Source: Blastocystis sp. Blastoise
Lineage: Eukaryota > Protista > Bigyra: Opalinata
Assembly (NCBI GenBank): GCA_039096225.1
Contig: JBBPEB010000012.1
Coordinates: 143,071-207,070 of the forward strand
Length of the DNA stretch: 64,000 nucleotides
Reading direction: 5' to 3'
A program made the translations under genes and the position numbers. This document shows positions 1-13,178 of this stretch, piece by piece. The notes beneath the pieces were generated by a model, which was not told where the DNA came from, searched no databases, and worked only from the letters and a program-made list of their open reading frames with translations. Numbering within the stretch: position 1 is the first letter of the stretch; each line of letters begins with the position of its first letter.

Positions 1-1099
1 TTTGTTTATATTTATTATTTTTTATTTTTATCTTATAAAAAAAACAATTTATTAAAACATTAATCTTTATATAAACATATATATATGTTATGTTATTAAT
101 GTTTATCTGTTTTAATATATCCTTTTATTTTTATTTTATTATATTTTTGATATAATTTATTTTATTTTTTAATTTCATTTTTTTAGTTTAATTTATTTTT
201 AATTATATATATAGATATTTTAATTATTTGGTAGATTTGTTTTAATTTAACTTATTTAATTTTATTCTTCTTTACTTGATATAATTTTAATAGTATAATT
301 TTCTTTGATTAATTTTTATATATTTCTTTTTTTTTGCATATAAGATTTATGATTATTTTAAGTTATAAAATATATTGTAATATCTGGCTGAAAATAGTGA
401 TTTGATAATATTTTAGTTTAATTTTTTAATTTTTTGAATATATGTTTGTGTATATTCTCCTCATTGCTTTATAAAAATAGCATATTTTATTTATTTATAT
501 ATACTAGAAATGCCTTTTCATTAGTTTTTTGCTATTTTATGTATGCAGTGTGTCTTTTCGTATTTATACTAATTCTCTTTTACATTTCGTTTTAGTTGTC
601 CACAAATGTGGTGGACCTATAGGTATATAATATGTCGTCATTTATGATATTATTATATATACTTTTTAAATATTTTTATTTAATACAAATTTGTTTTCTT
701 TTAAAATTCGTTCATTTTATAGTATTGTTTTGTTAAATAAATGATGTGTATAGAAATAGACATAAAACGAGGAGATATCCGTATAATTTCAAATGTTTTT
801 CAATATGGTATTGTTTTGACATTATTTTCTTCTTTTATATGTTGTTATCTTCACATATGTTATATAATAAATATTATGAGGAATTACTTTTCTTAATTAT
901 AAAAACATATAAATTGTTATGTGTATTAAGGGTCAAAGACATAAAAAAATATATACAATACAATTTAAAGAATATATAACAGTTGTTGATATATTTTGAG
1001 TGATAACAATAGAAAAAGGGAAATAGATTAATAAATAATGAAGATAGAACCAACTATATTAAATATAACACTATACGTTTTATATATATATTATTATTT

Positions 1100-1999
1100 T
1101 TAATGAATAGTTTCGGTATTTGAATCATCATCAGTAGTTACAGGAAATATCTACATATATGATAATAATAACGAAAAATATATATATATATTTATTTAAA
1201 AAAATGTATAATATATATATTTCATAGATCAATAATAATATATAAATAAATATATTTTTAATAATTTCACTCTTATTATTCTTTCTATGACGATAAGAAG
1301 AAGAAGGATCGGAACTTTCAGAAGGAGAAGTTAAAGAAGCTATTTTTTCTTCTAAAGATTGTTTATTTAATTTAGGTGCAATTAAATTATCATATAAAAT
1401 AACAGCTAACTATATATATAGAGGAAGATAGGACGTAATTATCCTAATAATCATATTAAGAGAAAAAAATAAAATTATATAAGCATAAGTAATTTATGAG
1501 TGAAGAAACATTATATATATATACATTAATAGAGTCCATATAACACATAGAAAATACAGCAACTTTAAAAGCATCATAAAGAGGGAACCTATATATATAT
1601 ATATTCATTATATTTTTAATAATAATATTAATTAATAATATATATATATATATACCAACGAATAAGTATAAAACGAACACTATCTAAAAGACAGAAACTA
1701 GCGTATAATATCCAATAAGTATATAATTTAGGAAGATCATTAGGATTTGGATTACAGAAATAGCGAAGGGTTTCATAAGTTGGATACACAGTACCAACAA
1801 GCGTAGCTATAAAATTAGATCCAAAGACTGCGTAGATAATGAGGAACAATAAAAATGAAGTAAACGAGACAATATAGATTCTTTTGACTCCAGTCTTTTC
1901 ACGAATCAAATCAATATAGGGAATTGATGAACACTTTTGATCATATCCATCGATCTGAGCATTAAAACGTTTCTTCAATTCTTCAAAATTAAAAGCCAT
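1100..1999 (-). CDS. YOP1: TB2/DP1/HVA22 family ER-shaping protein (YOP1/REEP5-like), multi-exon
   Basis: Exon 1 reads ...FIATLVGTVYPTYETLR...LYTYWILYASFCLLD, the family hallmark. A GT(AT)n donor lies at ~1654 and the next exon reads FPLYDAFK. Later exons read ...ILYDNLIAPKL... and IFPVTTDDDSNTETIH*, with the stop at 1100-1102. Internal exon boundaries are approximate. Confidence 0.85.
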
Positions 2000-3817
2000 A
2001 TTGAGTTACCAGTAAGTAATAAACAAATATTAAATAATAAAGTAATAAGCCTTAATAAAAACAAATAATCAATACCGTCAAACGTCCAGTTCTGTAGCCA
2101 TTTTCAGACTTTTCCCATGATTACATTCGTTTTCATTATGGGAATTATTTTTTGCCGCATTTTCTTTTCTATTCGTTTAGAGTATTCCTTGGAAAAAGTA
2201 TACAATCATGTTCACCTTTTCTTTAACTATTGATTTCTCTTTAATAATAAATATATTTTATGAGTTCATGTAGTTTCATTGTAGATGTATATTTTAATAT
2301 GCATATAAATATCTATAAAACAATTATTAGTTGCTCTTTTTGGTTAAACATAAAAGAAATATCAGACGCCTTTTTTATCGCTTTTTTTGTGGCTTTCATC
2401 TTTTCAGATGAATAATATATACTGTAAGATCTATAAATGTATTTAATAATACATTGAACAACAGATGAGAAACTCAAAAACATTTGACAAAGTGTTAAAC
2501 AATCATCAAAGATACATTACTGATATAAATTGATTTTCTGTCAAGCTCTAGACATTATCTACCAAAATTTACGTTCACGTCAAAATCAAATAATGAATAT
2601 CTTTGTCAATTCCTAAGGATGACCTTCAATTATTAGTGTTTGTTTTAAAAATATCAATTATTTATTAGAAATGGTAGGTCTTATTGTTATAATATAATAG
2701 TTTAATCCTAAACTAATTGGATTATGATATATTAATAAACATTCTTTATTTTATATAAACTCAATAAAGTTGAAGAGTATATATAGTTGTCATATTACTA
2801 TTTACTTTTAAAGTATCAAATAATGTTGATATTATAATATAGAAATAATTATCCAGCTATTAACAATACGATACTGTTGTGTTGTTAACTATTAAACAGA
2901 AACTATATCTATTTCTAAAGATGAAGAAATATGCATCTTTATAATATAAACAGAATCATATACGTTATACATAAATGAATATTATATTGTCAATATATTA
3001 ATGTTTCTTAATAAATAACAAATAGCAACCATTCCTTCACTATGTATATCACATAAATTATGTTCCAAGAATAATCATGAAATGTTTTTTGTATTAAAAC
3101 TAATATTACTGTATATATATATATATTGATAAAAGTTATATATTGTAAGAAAAATATATTAAATATATACATGAAAACAATAATAAAAAAGTTGTAATAA
3201 GTGTTCTTTTCATTTTATAAATCTTGAATGATAAATAGAATTAATAATCTATGTTTATTATAATAAAGATTATATTAGTTTATTATTCTATATCTGTTTG
3301 TGTTTTTCACCTTTTCTATGTTTATACATTATTTTGAAATCTAAAAAAGCATAGATTCTATAAATAATTAGTTATTTAGTTATTATTTTTTATTAGTGAT
3401 AAAATCAATCAAATGATGTAGATATCAAAGAATATAAAATTTCATTCTAATACAGTTTTTTCTTATTATATAAAAATATTAAAAATAGTTTTTTTGTTGA
3501 TATATATAAAATTGTTATATATGTATTAATAAAATAATGTATATTATTTCTATTCAATGCATTGTTTATATAGACTAGACTGTTAAGATTCTTTTAAATT
3601 TTTTATTAAATAACCATAAGACTACATACTTTAAGATACAATTACATATTGTATATAATAGTTATAGAGAAAAATAATAAATAACAATAATAAAATATTA
3701 AATTTACAACTATATAAAAAAATGAAAATGATTAAAATTTAAAAATACATATATATATATATATATTAAAAGAATATAATAAAACAATTTCTTATTCAAT
3801 ATATATATAATAATATG

Positions 3818-5389
3818 TTATGCTCTTCCCCATACTTCATAGTCATCCACAATAAATGAATTTGAACTATTTGCATTTCCAGTATTTACAAATAATGATG
3901 ACTTTTGAAGTGTATTTACTTCATTATAATAATATGCATGACAAGTAGATGATGAATTTTGATGGCATCCATCAGATATATTAATATCACCAACAAATAC
4001 TGGTCCATAAGAAGGATCACAATTGATAGCATAATCTTTATTATGAATAGTATATTGAGTAGGAGGAATACCATGTTCATTACTTAAAGTAAATATAAAC
4101 TCTTTAGAATATTGTTTATATGTCTCCATGTCACTACACATAGTGAAAGGAAATGATTCCCAACTTTGATCTGTATATCCTCCAAATATATTTATATGAT
4201 TATTATGACCTATATGTTTTATTAGAGTCACTGTTTCTCCTTGATTATCACAATAGTTATGAAATTCGTAAGCAGAATAATTATGCTCACTTGCTCTATA
4301 TATAATAGTTTATAAATTAAACAATTATTATAAATAATATATATAATAATGATACCTAAATAATAATTTCCATTTTTTGTCTTTTCCCAGCCAGTTCATT
4401 AAGGATCTTTTTAATTTTCTATTAATTATAGTAGATTCATCAAATATTCCTTTAATAATGCAGTCTTTCGCTTCATCTCTTCCTTGATCACCAAATAATT
4501 CAATCATTTCTTTCTCAAATGAATCTTGCTTAATATTACTAATTTTATCTTCTTCTATATCTATAATTTTATTCTTTACATATTCATTAATATATTCAAT
4601 ATATTCATATTCCTTATTCATATATAAACTATCATCTATATGATTATAATCAGCAAATCCATGATCATAATTCATTATATAATTCTTCCATAATCCATTC
4701 TGTACTAAATAATCTTTTATAATCTTATCTTTATTTCCATTAATAATCAATTCTATTTCTTCTTCTTTTTCTATTTTCTTCTTCTTTGTTTCTCTACGTT
4801 CACGTGCAAAGACTAAATCTCCAGGAATAATTATATTGCAATATTCAAATAAATCTAAGATTTCTAATTGGTCTTCGTATATAAAATTATAAAAATTAAT
4901 TGGCTTTTCATTCAAATAATCTAATAAATAATAAGCAGAAGCTTCATTTCCTATATAATCTAGATATATATTACCATAAATATCTCTTGATTCTTCTGAA
5001 GACGCTTCATATATATATGAGTAAGGAATTGATTGAATAATACTCTTTGATATTTGAAATAAAGAACCACTATTTGTGAAACGAATAAAATCTTCATCAT
5101 TATTCTTGTTTCTATAATGATTACCATTTTTAGTAACACTATTTCGACTAATTTCATCAAAAATATTTGACGAAATCGAAGATTCATTGATTTGATCATC
5201 ACTTTTTGTTTCATAATAATTACGAGAAATGTTCAGAATGCTCTTAATCAACGTATCGGAATGAATATAAAGTTTTGATATTGACGAACAACAATCAACA
5301 AAAGAATGCAATAGTTTTCCACGTATAACTATGTCTTCTTCTAGTTGCCTGAGACAATCTGTATTTATATTTATTTGTTCTATCAACAT
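3818..5389 (-). CDS. BTB-like + TLDc domain protein, 2 exons
   Basis: ORF 4328-5389 ends WLGKDKKWKLLFR and splices (GT ~4355, AG ~4296) into RASEHNYSAYEFHNYCDNQGETVTLIK...IFGGYT...FIFTL...GPVF...VDDYEVWGRA*, the canonical TLDc motifs. An N-terminal segment (NSGSLFQISKSII...IYLDY) is BTB/POZ-like. Confidence 0.88.
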
Positions 5390-5403
5390 TTTACGTGAAT
5401 ATT

Positions 5404-6050
5404 CACTATCAGGTCATTTTTAATTTTTAAAGCTTTTTGATTGGCTAATTTTCGTTCAAAACTTATTCAGCCAATAAAATTATAACAAAAAAAAGACTTA
5501 GGCAAAAAAAAACAAAATTTTCATAAAAATTTTAAGTCGACTTTTGATTTAGACACAAAAACCCTATTAAACATATTTTATTAAAGAATTGACAATATTT
5601 TTTATTTACAGAGGATCACACGATATCCAAACCGTTTTTATTTATTTTAAAGTCGCAATTCTGAAGAAAATGAGGGTCAATATTTTAAAATATTTTATAG
5701 TTGTGTTTAAAGTGAAGACCCTCTCAGAGTCACATATATGATTAAAAATGAATAAAAAGACCTCTATGGTTCGAAACCAAAATTCAGCCAAAAAGTCAAA
5801 AAATTATATTTTTTTTACACTGAAAAATTGAGCCGAGCCTATTTGTTCCATGGGCAGTCAGACCAGAGTTTTGAATTTTTAAAATATTTACGGGAATATT
5901 TTTCTCGTTCAAAACTGAGTCTATTTATATTTTATTGACTATCAGAGGATATAAGTGTTTTAGAAGAGTTTTTTCATTTGATTTTATTATGACTTAAAGT
6001 TCCGCATACAAAGAGTATGCCAAAACTTCTAAAAAAACTACTTTTCCTCA
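5404..6050 (+). repeat. CACTA long subterminal arm, diverged inverted homolog of ~25720-26384
   Basis: Shared blocks in inverted orientation include GACTTAGGCAAAA, AAACCGTTTTT, TTTTAAAGTC, GAAGAAAATG.GGGTCAAT.TTTTAAAATATTTTAT, AAAATTCAGCCAAAAA, CGAGCCTATTT, AGTCAGACCAGA.TTTTGAATT and TATTTACGGGAATATTTTT. Confidence 0.85.
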
Positions 6051-6411
6051 GAATCAAATAAAAGTCTTTTATAAAGTCACTTTTAGAGTTAATTATGTAA
6101 CATGCAATCGTTTTAAGTCAAAATTAATAGTTTTTAGACGAGTCAGTCAACAGATCAGAGAGTCAACAAAAATGAGTAATTTTTTAAAACTTGAAAGTAG
6201 TGAGATACAATAGTGTTGTGTCAATAGCTCAGTACATAACGTTTAAAACTTGTAATTTTAGTAGTGAGTCATAAAAAATTAAAAAAAAATATAAAAGCTA
6301 TTTTTACGAAAATTTTTAGTATTTGACTAACAAATTTTATTATATTAGTGAATTCATCTTTATTTTTAAATTATTATAACCAAACATATATAGATATTTT
6401 TATACTTATTT

Positions 6412-6870
6412 ATGGTGTTTTTTATACAGGTATGCACTTTATAAGTATTTATTTATTAGATATTTTCTACTTTTTTTCATAATTCTTTTTAGTTTTCCAT
6501 TGTGTAAATCCTTTTCCTGACAGATATTCTCCCAGGTCGGTTTCAAAGTGGTTCATCATGTGTACTTGTTGGGTTTTTTCTTATAAGGTATTTTATTACA
6601 TTTGTTTATTTTTAATTTTTTTAGGTTGTTTATTAGGTCTTGTCGGTACTTCAAATAATCAATTAACAAAGTCTAGAAGGTATATAATTATATATTTTTT
6701 TTTTCTTTGCATTTAGATATTTTTCTTTTTTCTCTTTTCCTATGTTACAATATTCTTTTATTCTTTTTTTAATTTACTCTATTTTTAGTATATGTTTATT
6801 ATATATTATATTATATAGGAAGGTGCTTTTTAGTTGCCATTGGTGAATTAGGTTGCTGGTGTGTTCTTTA
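6412..6870 (+). pseudogene. Degenerate short Gly-rich exons (same style as 11370-11812)
   Basis: Short exons are bounded by TTTAG/TATAG and AG|GTA, e.g. 6625-6679 (G)CLLGLVGTSNNQ...CTAGAAG|GTA and from 6819 ...IGELG. No continuous frame. Confidence 0.4.
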
Positions 6871-6935
6871 AAAATTAAAAAGACTGATTTTACAAAGGAT
6901 ATTGGTCTCTATATGTCTATTCATGTTAATGATAA

Positions 6936-6976
<41 letters not shown>

Positions 6977-7578
6977 AATATCTTTAGAATCACGGGAATA
7001 GTGCTTGATTTCTTTGAAGAGAGAGGTATATATAAGAATATATACAGAGTTTATTAAGATGGATATACACAAGCAGATATTTATGGATTAGAAGATATTC
7101 AAGTTGATATAGTAGAGCCATTTCCTTACCTGGAGCGTCATCTAGATGCGTCACTTGTACTAACCAATACATCTCATGATAAGAATTTACTTATTTATTA
7201 TCATCAGGACAAACAGATTTATACCATAATAGATCTTTCTTACTCCCCCATTTCTGATAAATATACATATTCACTACGAAATAGTGATAATAGAGCATTT
7301 ATTTTTGATTTATCTCAAGGTTCATATACGATTCTAAAAGAAATTCCAGCACGTGATCGTCTCGTGACTCCCCTCAATCCCCCTCCAACAGACCCCATTC
7401 TCAGTACGAAACTCAAATCATTTGTCGAGGAATATACAGATAAACGATATTATTGTAAACCCTATAGTTTTTTATATAAAGCTATTGAAACCTCTTTATA
7501 TGAATATATGAATGTATTACAATCATTATGGGCAGATATCGACTTTGGAAAAGATGTATATATATATATATATATATG

Positions 7579-7613
<35 letters not shown>

Positions 7614-8534
7614 GTTTGAATACTTATTCTCTATGTATAAATTAAGCATATATATTTATATACTTACTTCTCTTCCTTCACTTGTTACTATTTGTAATGA
7701 AATGTATATATATATAGTTTATAAAAATTTTTACCAAGTGATTTTCCCCGCCAAATTGATGTTGATGAATATACAAATACACTGAAATTTGCTGAAAAAC
7801 GAAAAATGTAATTATGATTTATTATATTATTAATATATATATATATATATATATAGTTATCAAGATCCTTATGATTATCAAAAATTATATATTAATATAT
7901 ATATATATAAGTTGATGAGATCAAACATGAAAAATAAAATTGATGTATATAATTATTATTATTATATATATATTTATATATAGGGAATAACGAATTTAAC
8001 TACATTATTTAATGATCTTCAAACGGTAAAGAAATCTGCTATTTATAAATCACTTGTTCAATATATACGAGACAGAGTATATATAACTATCTATATATAT
8101 TACTTATATATATGTTACTTATTATATATAGGATATATTAGATGTGTTATTCCGACAGTGTTTAAATACAGAAACGTTACGATTGTCTCTCTCTCTTCTT
8201 CAATATATATGCACTGTTATCCCTGTATTTACTTATTATTCTATTCTTATTATTATATATATACATATTCTTATTCTTATATATATAGTTAACAAATAAG
8301 GATATTGATATATTTTATGAAGCTGTTCATAATAGCAGTATATATGAATACATTCAAGCAACTACCATTATATGTCAACTACTCCCTTTCTTCCCTAATC
8401 AACGTATATATATATATAGTATTATGCTTTTTATTATTATATATTCTTATATATAGAACGTGAATATTTACAAAGTTTATTATTAAATACAAGTGTTGAT
8501 ATATGTACAGTACAAGTATATATTTATATATACT

Positions 8535-8565
<31 letters not shown>

Positions 8566-8849
8566 AATTATACATATATATATATACTTATATTCATATT
8601 ATTTATAGAGTATTAAAGTATTAAGTAAAATTGTTAGTTATATATATAAATGACATCCCTGAATCACAACCTATTCCTGATTCTATTCGAAATTCTATTG
8701 TATATATTATGTATTATAATAACATTCTTATTATTATTATAGAAAACAGTTGGTGAGTATATTTTCCGTTAAGGATGTATTTGTACTCCCGAATCAAATG
8801 AAGAAAAGCACGTGATATTCTCATTGATTCCACTTTATAAATCGGAGAG

Positions 8850-8903
<54 letters not shown>

Positions 8904-10560
8904 ATATATATATATTTTATTATTATTATATATTATTATTGTATATTATTATAGACTTCTTAACAACATGGTTAAAGAATGCAATATATTTATATAAGTG
9001 TTTTAAATTATTCTTCAGTTTATTATGCTTTTAAACCTTCCTTTGAAATCCATTTCAATTCATATACTGTACTATCTCGTTTCTTACTTATAATATTATA
9101 TCATATTATTATATATAATACAAAGAAGAGAAACAATATTAGTAAGTCTATATATATATGAATTGAATTATATTCCTCAAGATATGATATATACCTTATT
9201 AACAAGAATAGAAGAAATTATACAAATAGCTCGTTGTCCTTCTTCTTATATACCTCCTCAGTTACATACATTAAAAAGATTGATATTTATTCTATTTCCT
9301 TTTTTATGAGTCATAATAGTTTAAAAGAAGTCTATAGTCCTCCTTTTCCTCCTCCTCCTACTACTAATTATTTCACAGGTGCATATAAAGATACAGGAAA
9401 TGATTTGATGATTGATAATGATATGGAAGTACCTGAAGAAGAAGAAATAGGATTAATGAATACATATGAAGAGAAAGAAAGAGGAGAAGGAGAAGAAAAA
9501 CCTAGTGGAGAACTGATTTATGGATTAAGTCATATACTGAATACGGTTGAAATTGAAGGTGAAGAAGAAACAGGAAAGAAAAAAGAAAAAGAAATGATAG
9601 ATATGTTTACTTATATAGGAAAAAGAGAAGAAGATAATGATCATTGTATCTTTTGTATTTATTATGGTTTTATTATAGTTACATTATATTTATTGTATAT
9701 ATTATTGTGTGTATTATTATTATTATTATATTATATAATATATATAGCTATTGATGTTCAATATGTATATTCTCTTCGTAACCGACTGAAAACCGCGGAT
9801 AAGAAGATATATATGATATAAATATACTGGATGACTTTGTATATATATATATATATATATATTATTATTGTTATTATTATTATTATTATTATATAGAATA
9901 TATGTATTCTATGAATGTTTGAATCCCTCTATCAGCTACTTATGTCACATGATTTTCTTATTACATATTTTATAGGATATACTTAATTATCCCCGGTTAT
10001 ATACTGTTATCCTGTTATCTCCTACTTCATCTTCCCTACTAAGAGTAGCGTGTTGTCTTTATGAATTATAATCGTGGGAAATACTTATTCTAGAATTTCT
10101 CAAGTATATATATATATATACTTTATTGTTCTCGTGATATTATATATTTATATATATACTTTATTATTATATTTTGATATAATATATATATATATATATA
10201 TAGTTATTACAATTCCATACAAACTACAGAAAAAGGATCATTATCTATTTGAAGAATTACCACCATATAAAACATATATATACAACTATATACCTCCTAT
10301 AATACCCACGTTTTATGTTCCTTATTGATAACCATGATTATCAGAAACATGGTTATTATATATCTTGTATATATATATATATATATTATATACTTATTGT
10401 TATTACTATTATTATATTATTATTATTATATAAACTTTTGGATGATTCCTTTATGTATTAAGATAATGATAACTCTTGTATATATATATATTTATAATAC
10501 TATATCAATATATATATATATTTAAATTATATATGGTTTTATAATCATGTATATATAGAA
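6870..10560 (+). pseudogene. Captured multi-exon fragment of a USP9X/USP24/USP34-like deubiquitinase N-terminal helical (ARM-like) region, with in-frame stops and frameshifts
   Basis: Manual splicing of GT...AG exons gives YKLMRSNMKNKIDGITNLTTLFND...LVQYIRDRDILDVLFRQCLNTETLRLSLSLLQYICTVIPLTNKDIDIFYEA...ICQLLPFFPNQ.REYLQSLL. By eye this parallels my recollection of USP9X ...[21 protein letters not shown]...LTLQDLDNIWAA...LAWDFSPEQLDHLF. There are in-frame TAAs (~7055, ~8770) and no USP Cys-box is visible. Confidence 0.55.
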
Positions 10561-11369
10561 TAGAAAGGAGTTTAATAAATTATTCATATTATATATATTA
10601 TAATGATATATTACTATATATATACTATATATTATCTTTTTTATCTATCTTTTATTTTGTTTTATTTCTTTATATATTACTCTATTTGTTTTGTTGATAT
10701 TTAGGAATAAAATTATTTATAGAATTCTTTTGGAATAATAGAAAAAAGAGTAAATATTAATCTACTTTATACTTTAATAAATTACATTCTTTATTATGTC
10801 TTAAACAACTCACAAAGCTTTCAAACATTCTCGTTTTATTTATACATCTACAATAATCGATAAATTGTTGAAATAAATCATATTAGAAACAAAAGTTTAT
10901 AAATTTTGAATCATGTCTCTATAAGTGATTATACTAAATATTTCTCTTGATTATCTAGGACCTTCTTGTTATAAATAAAATACTATTATATAAAAATAGC
11001 AGACAAATATATTTAATTGTAATTAAAGATTTTTTAAATAACTATATTTTTGTTCTAATAAGTCTTAAACATGTTGTAATTAAATAATTTAGGTTCATAA
11101 ACACATATTACATTTATAAATCATTTTTATATTCAAATAGACTTTTTATTAGAGAAAAAGGGAAAATTTAAAAATGTTGTAACCCCTGGAAACCCAGATT
11201 TTGTAAAGAATTTTATTATACAAAAGAAAAATTGTAAGGGGGAATTTCTCTTTGTTTATAAGATTCAACTTTTTCGCATATTTATATTTATTTTTCTTTA
11301 ATTTACAACTATATTTTATATATTATTAAATGTATATATTATTTTTTTTATTTATCTTATTCTATATAG

Positions 11370-11812
11370 GCTTACTGGTGTGTCAAAATAGATTCTAATA
11401 GGTCCTAATTGGTCTTCTTTTTTAAAGGTATGCTTATTTTTCATTTCTTTTATTCTCTTTAGTTAGTTTATGAGTTTCCGGGCCTGAACGTATAGAAATC
11501 TGGTTGTATTAAAGGTATATATTTTTTAGCATTCTCTCTGCTATTATTATTTATTATCTTATATAGGTTCAACTATTGTCTCAGGTCTCCTTGGTCAACA
11601 AATCAATGCTTCTGAAGGTATTTAATTATATTTTATTTTTTTGAAATTAACTAATTTAATTTTTTATAGGTTCTAGGTACTCTCTGGTGTCCCTTTTGGT
11701 CTACACTGCTAGGATTTAGAAGGTATATTGTTATAATATATTTATTTTTTTACATTCTATTTTTATAGTTTTGGTTCTTGTTCAAGAGTTGGTCTAGAAG
11801 TGATGTTAGAAG
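11370..11812 (+). other. Array of five ~44-58-nt exons, each ending AAG|GTA; degenerate, possibly a Gly-X-Y repeat remnant or spliced ncRNA
   Basis: Exons lie at about 11370-11427, 11463-11514, 11567-11617, 11670-11722 and 11769-11812, separated by ~35-52-nt GT..AG introns. The first two have stops in all frames. The third is open: (G)STIVSGLLGQQINASE(G). Confidence 0.55.
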
Positions 11813-12105
11813 GTATGTATTCTATATTATCTATATTATTATTAGTTCTATCAATTTATATATATAGTCCTCAGATACAGTTGCCAATTTATCAAAACAA
11901 ATCAAAATAATTATTATTTTCTTATCTTTCTTGCTATTTTAATTATTATATATTATTTATTGTCTTTTGTTATATATATATATTGATTATCATTCACACA
12001 ACGATTAAATTAATAATAAAATGACGTTTCTAAAAGAATTCTGAACGAATGAAAAGAAAGACCATATTCGACAAAAATAACCTAGTTTTTGGCTACTCTT
12101 TTCGC

Positions 12106-13178
12106 GAGAAGTTGATTAGGGTCGTCCATTTTATCTATTTTGCCGTTAGGGGTTGTCCGCGGACAACCTGCGTCACGCACGATTTTCTTGTTCATCCAAT
12201 TATTCTCTTATTTTTCATACTATTTTTCAAAATAAATATTTAGGGGTTGTCCACAATATTATTTTATTATTTTATGTTATTTTCAATACTATGGCATTTA
12301 TTCTATTAATTCAGGATATATATTTTGTAAGAGTAATATATTCTTTGAGCAGAATGCAAAAATAATAAGACTAACCGTCAATGACCAACAAATTACGGCA
12401 TTGCCATTCAATTAAATAAAAGATAAAAGTCTATTTTATATGCTCAACCATTTATTAACTTATCTAAGTTTAAAATGATGTGTATTACTCTAAATATGTT
12501 ATAAAAAACAATAAAACAGAAAACAATTATTTTTTAAATTATTTTCTTTTTATACCTGTAATAACATAATATAAAATCAAACAAAAATCATTTTTAAAGT
12601 CAGTTAGGGCAAGTGATATAGTCATAGCAAACATATTTGTATAATAGGTGAGAATCCTATAAATCACAATTATCTTATTATAAATATTTAGTTAATGATA
12701 ATCACTTTCAAAAATATTTTGTAACTACTATTGCAATTGAATTATGCTTAAAACGAATTGTAATACCGCATTATGAATAAAATTCTTAATTAGACTTATA
12801 AATACCTTTAAGATATTCTTAATCGTGACAAGAGAATAGTTGTGTATTGTTAAACGAATTCTAACGGAAAAATCATTATTGTATTTACAGAATTGTGTTC
12901 ATTTGTGCAATGTATGCTGATTTCGATGCCTACACATTATTTAAGAAGTTCTTCTAAGCTATGTCTATCCTGAATTAATAGAATAAATGCCATAGTATTG
13001 AAAATAACATAAAATAATAAAATAATATTGTGGACAACCCCTAAATATTTATTTTGAAAAATAGTATGAAAAATAAGAGAATAATTGGATGAACAAGAAA
13101 ATCGTGCGTGACGCAGGTTGTCCGCGGACAACCCCTAACGGCAAAATAGATAAAATGGACGACCCTAATCAACTTCTC
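12106..13178. mobile_element. Non-autonomous Mutator-like element (MULE/MITE-like), 1073 bp, nested in CACTA element 1
   Basis: It has 213-bp apparently perfect TIRs (12106-12318 and 12966-13178) beginning GAGAAG. They are flanked by a 9-bp direct repeat TCTTTTCGC (12097-12105 and 13179-13187). Long TIRs plus a 9-bp TSD are characteristic of the Mutator superfamily. Confidence 0.88.

Noticed and set aside
746-979. Short Tyr/Ile/Phe-rich ORFs here and throughout the window, including antisense ORFs in the giant gene
   Set aside because: These are translations of (TA)n introns, AT-rich intergenic DNA or antisense shadows, with no protein-like motifs.
12116-12250. TTAGGG motifs as telomeric repeats
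   Set aside because: There are only three dispersed copies within a TIR and no tandem array.
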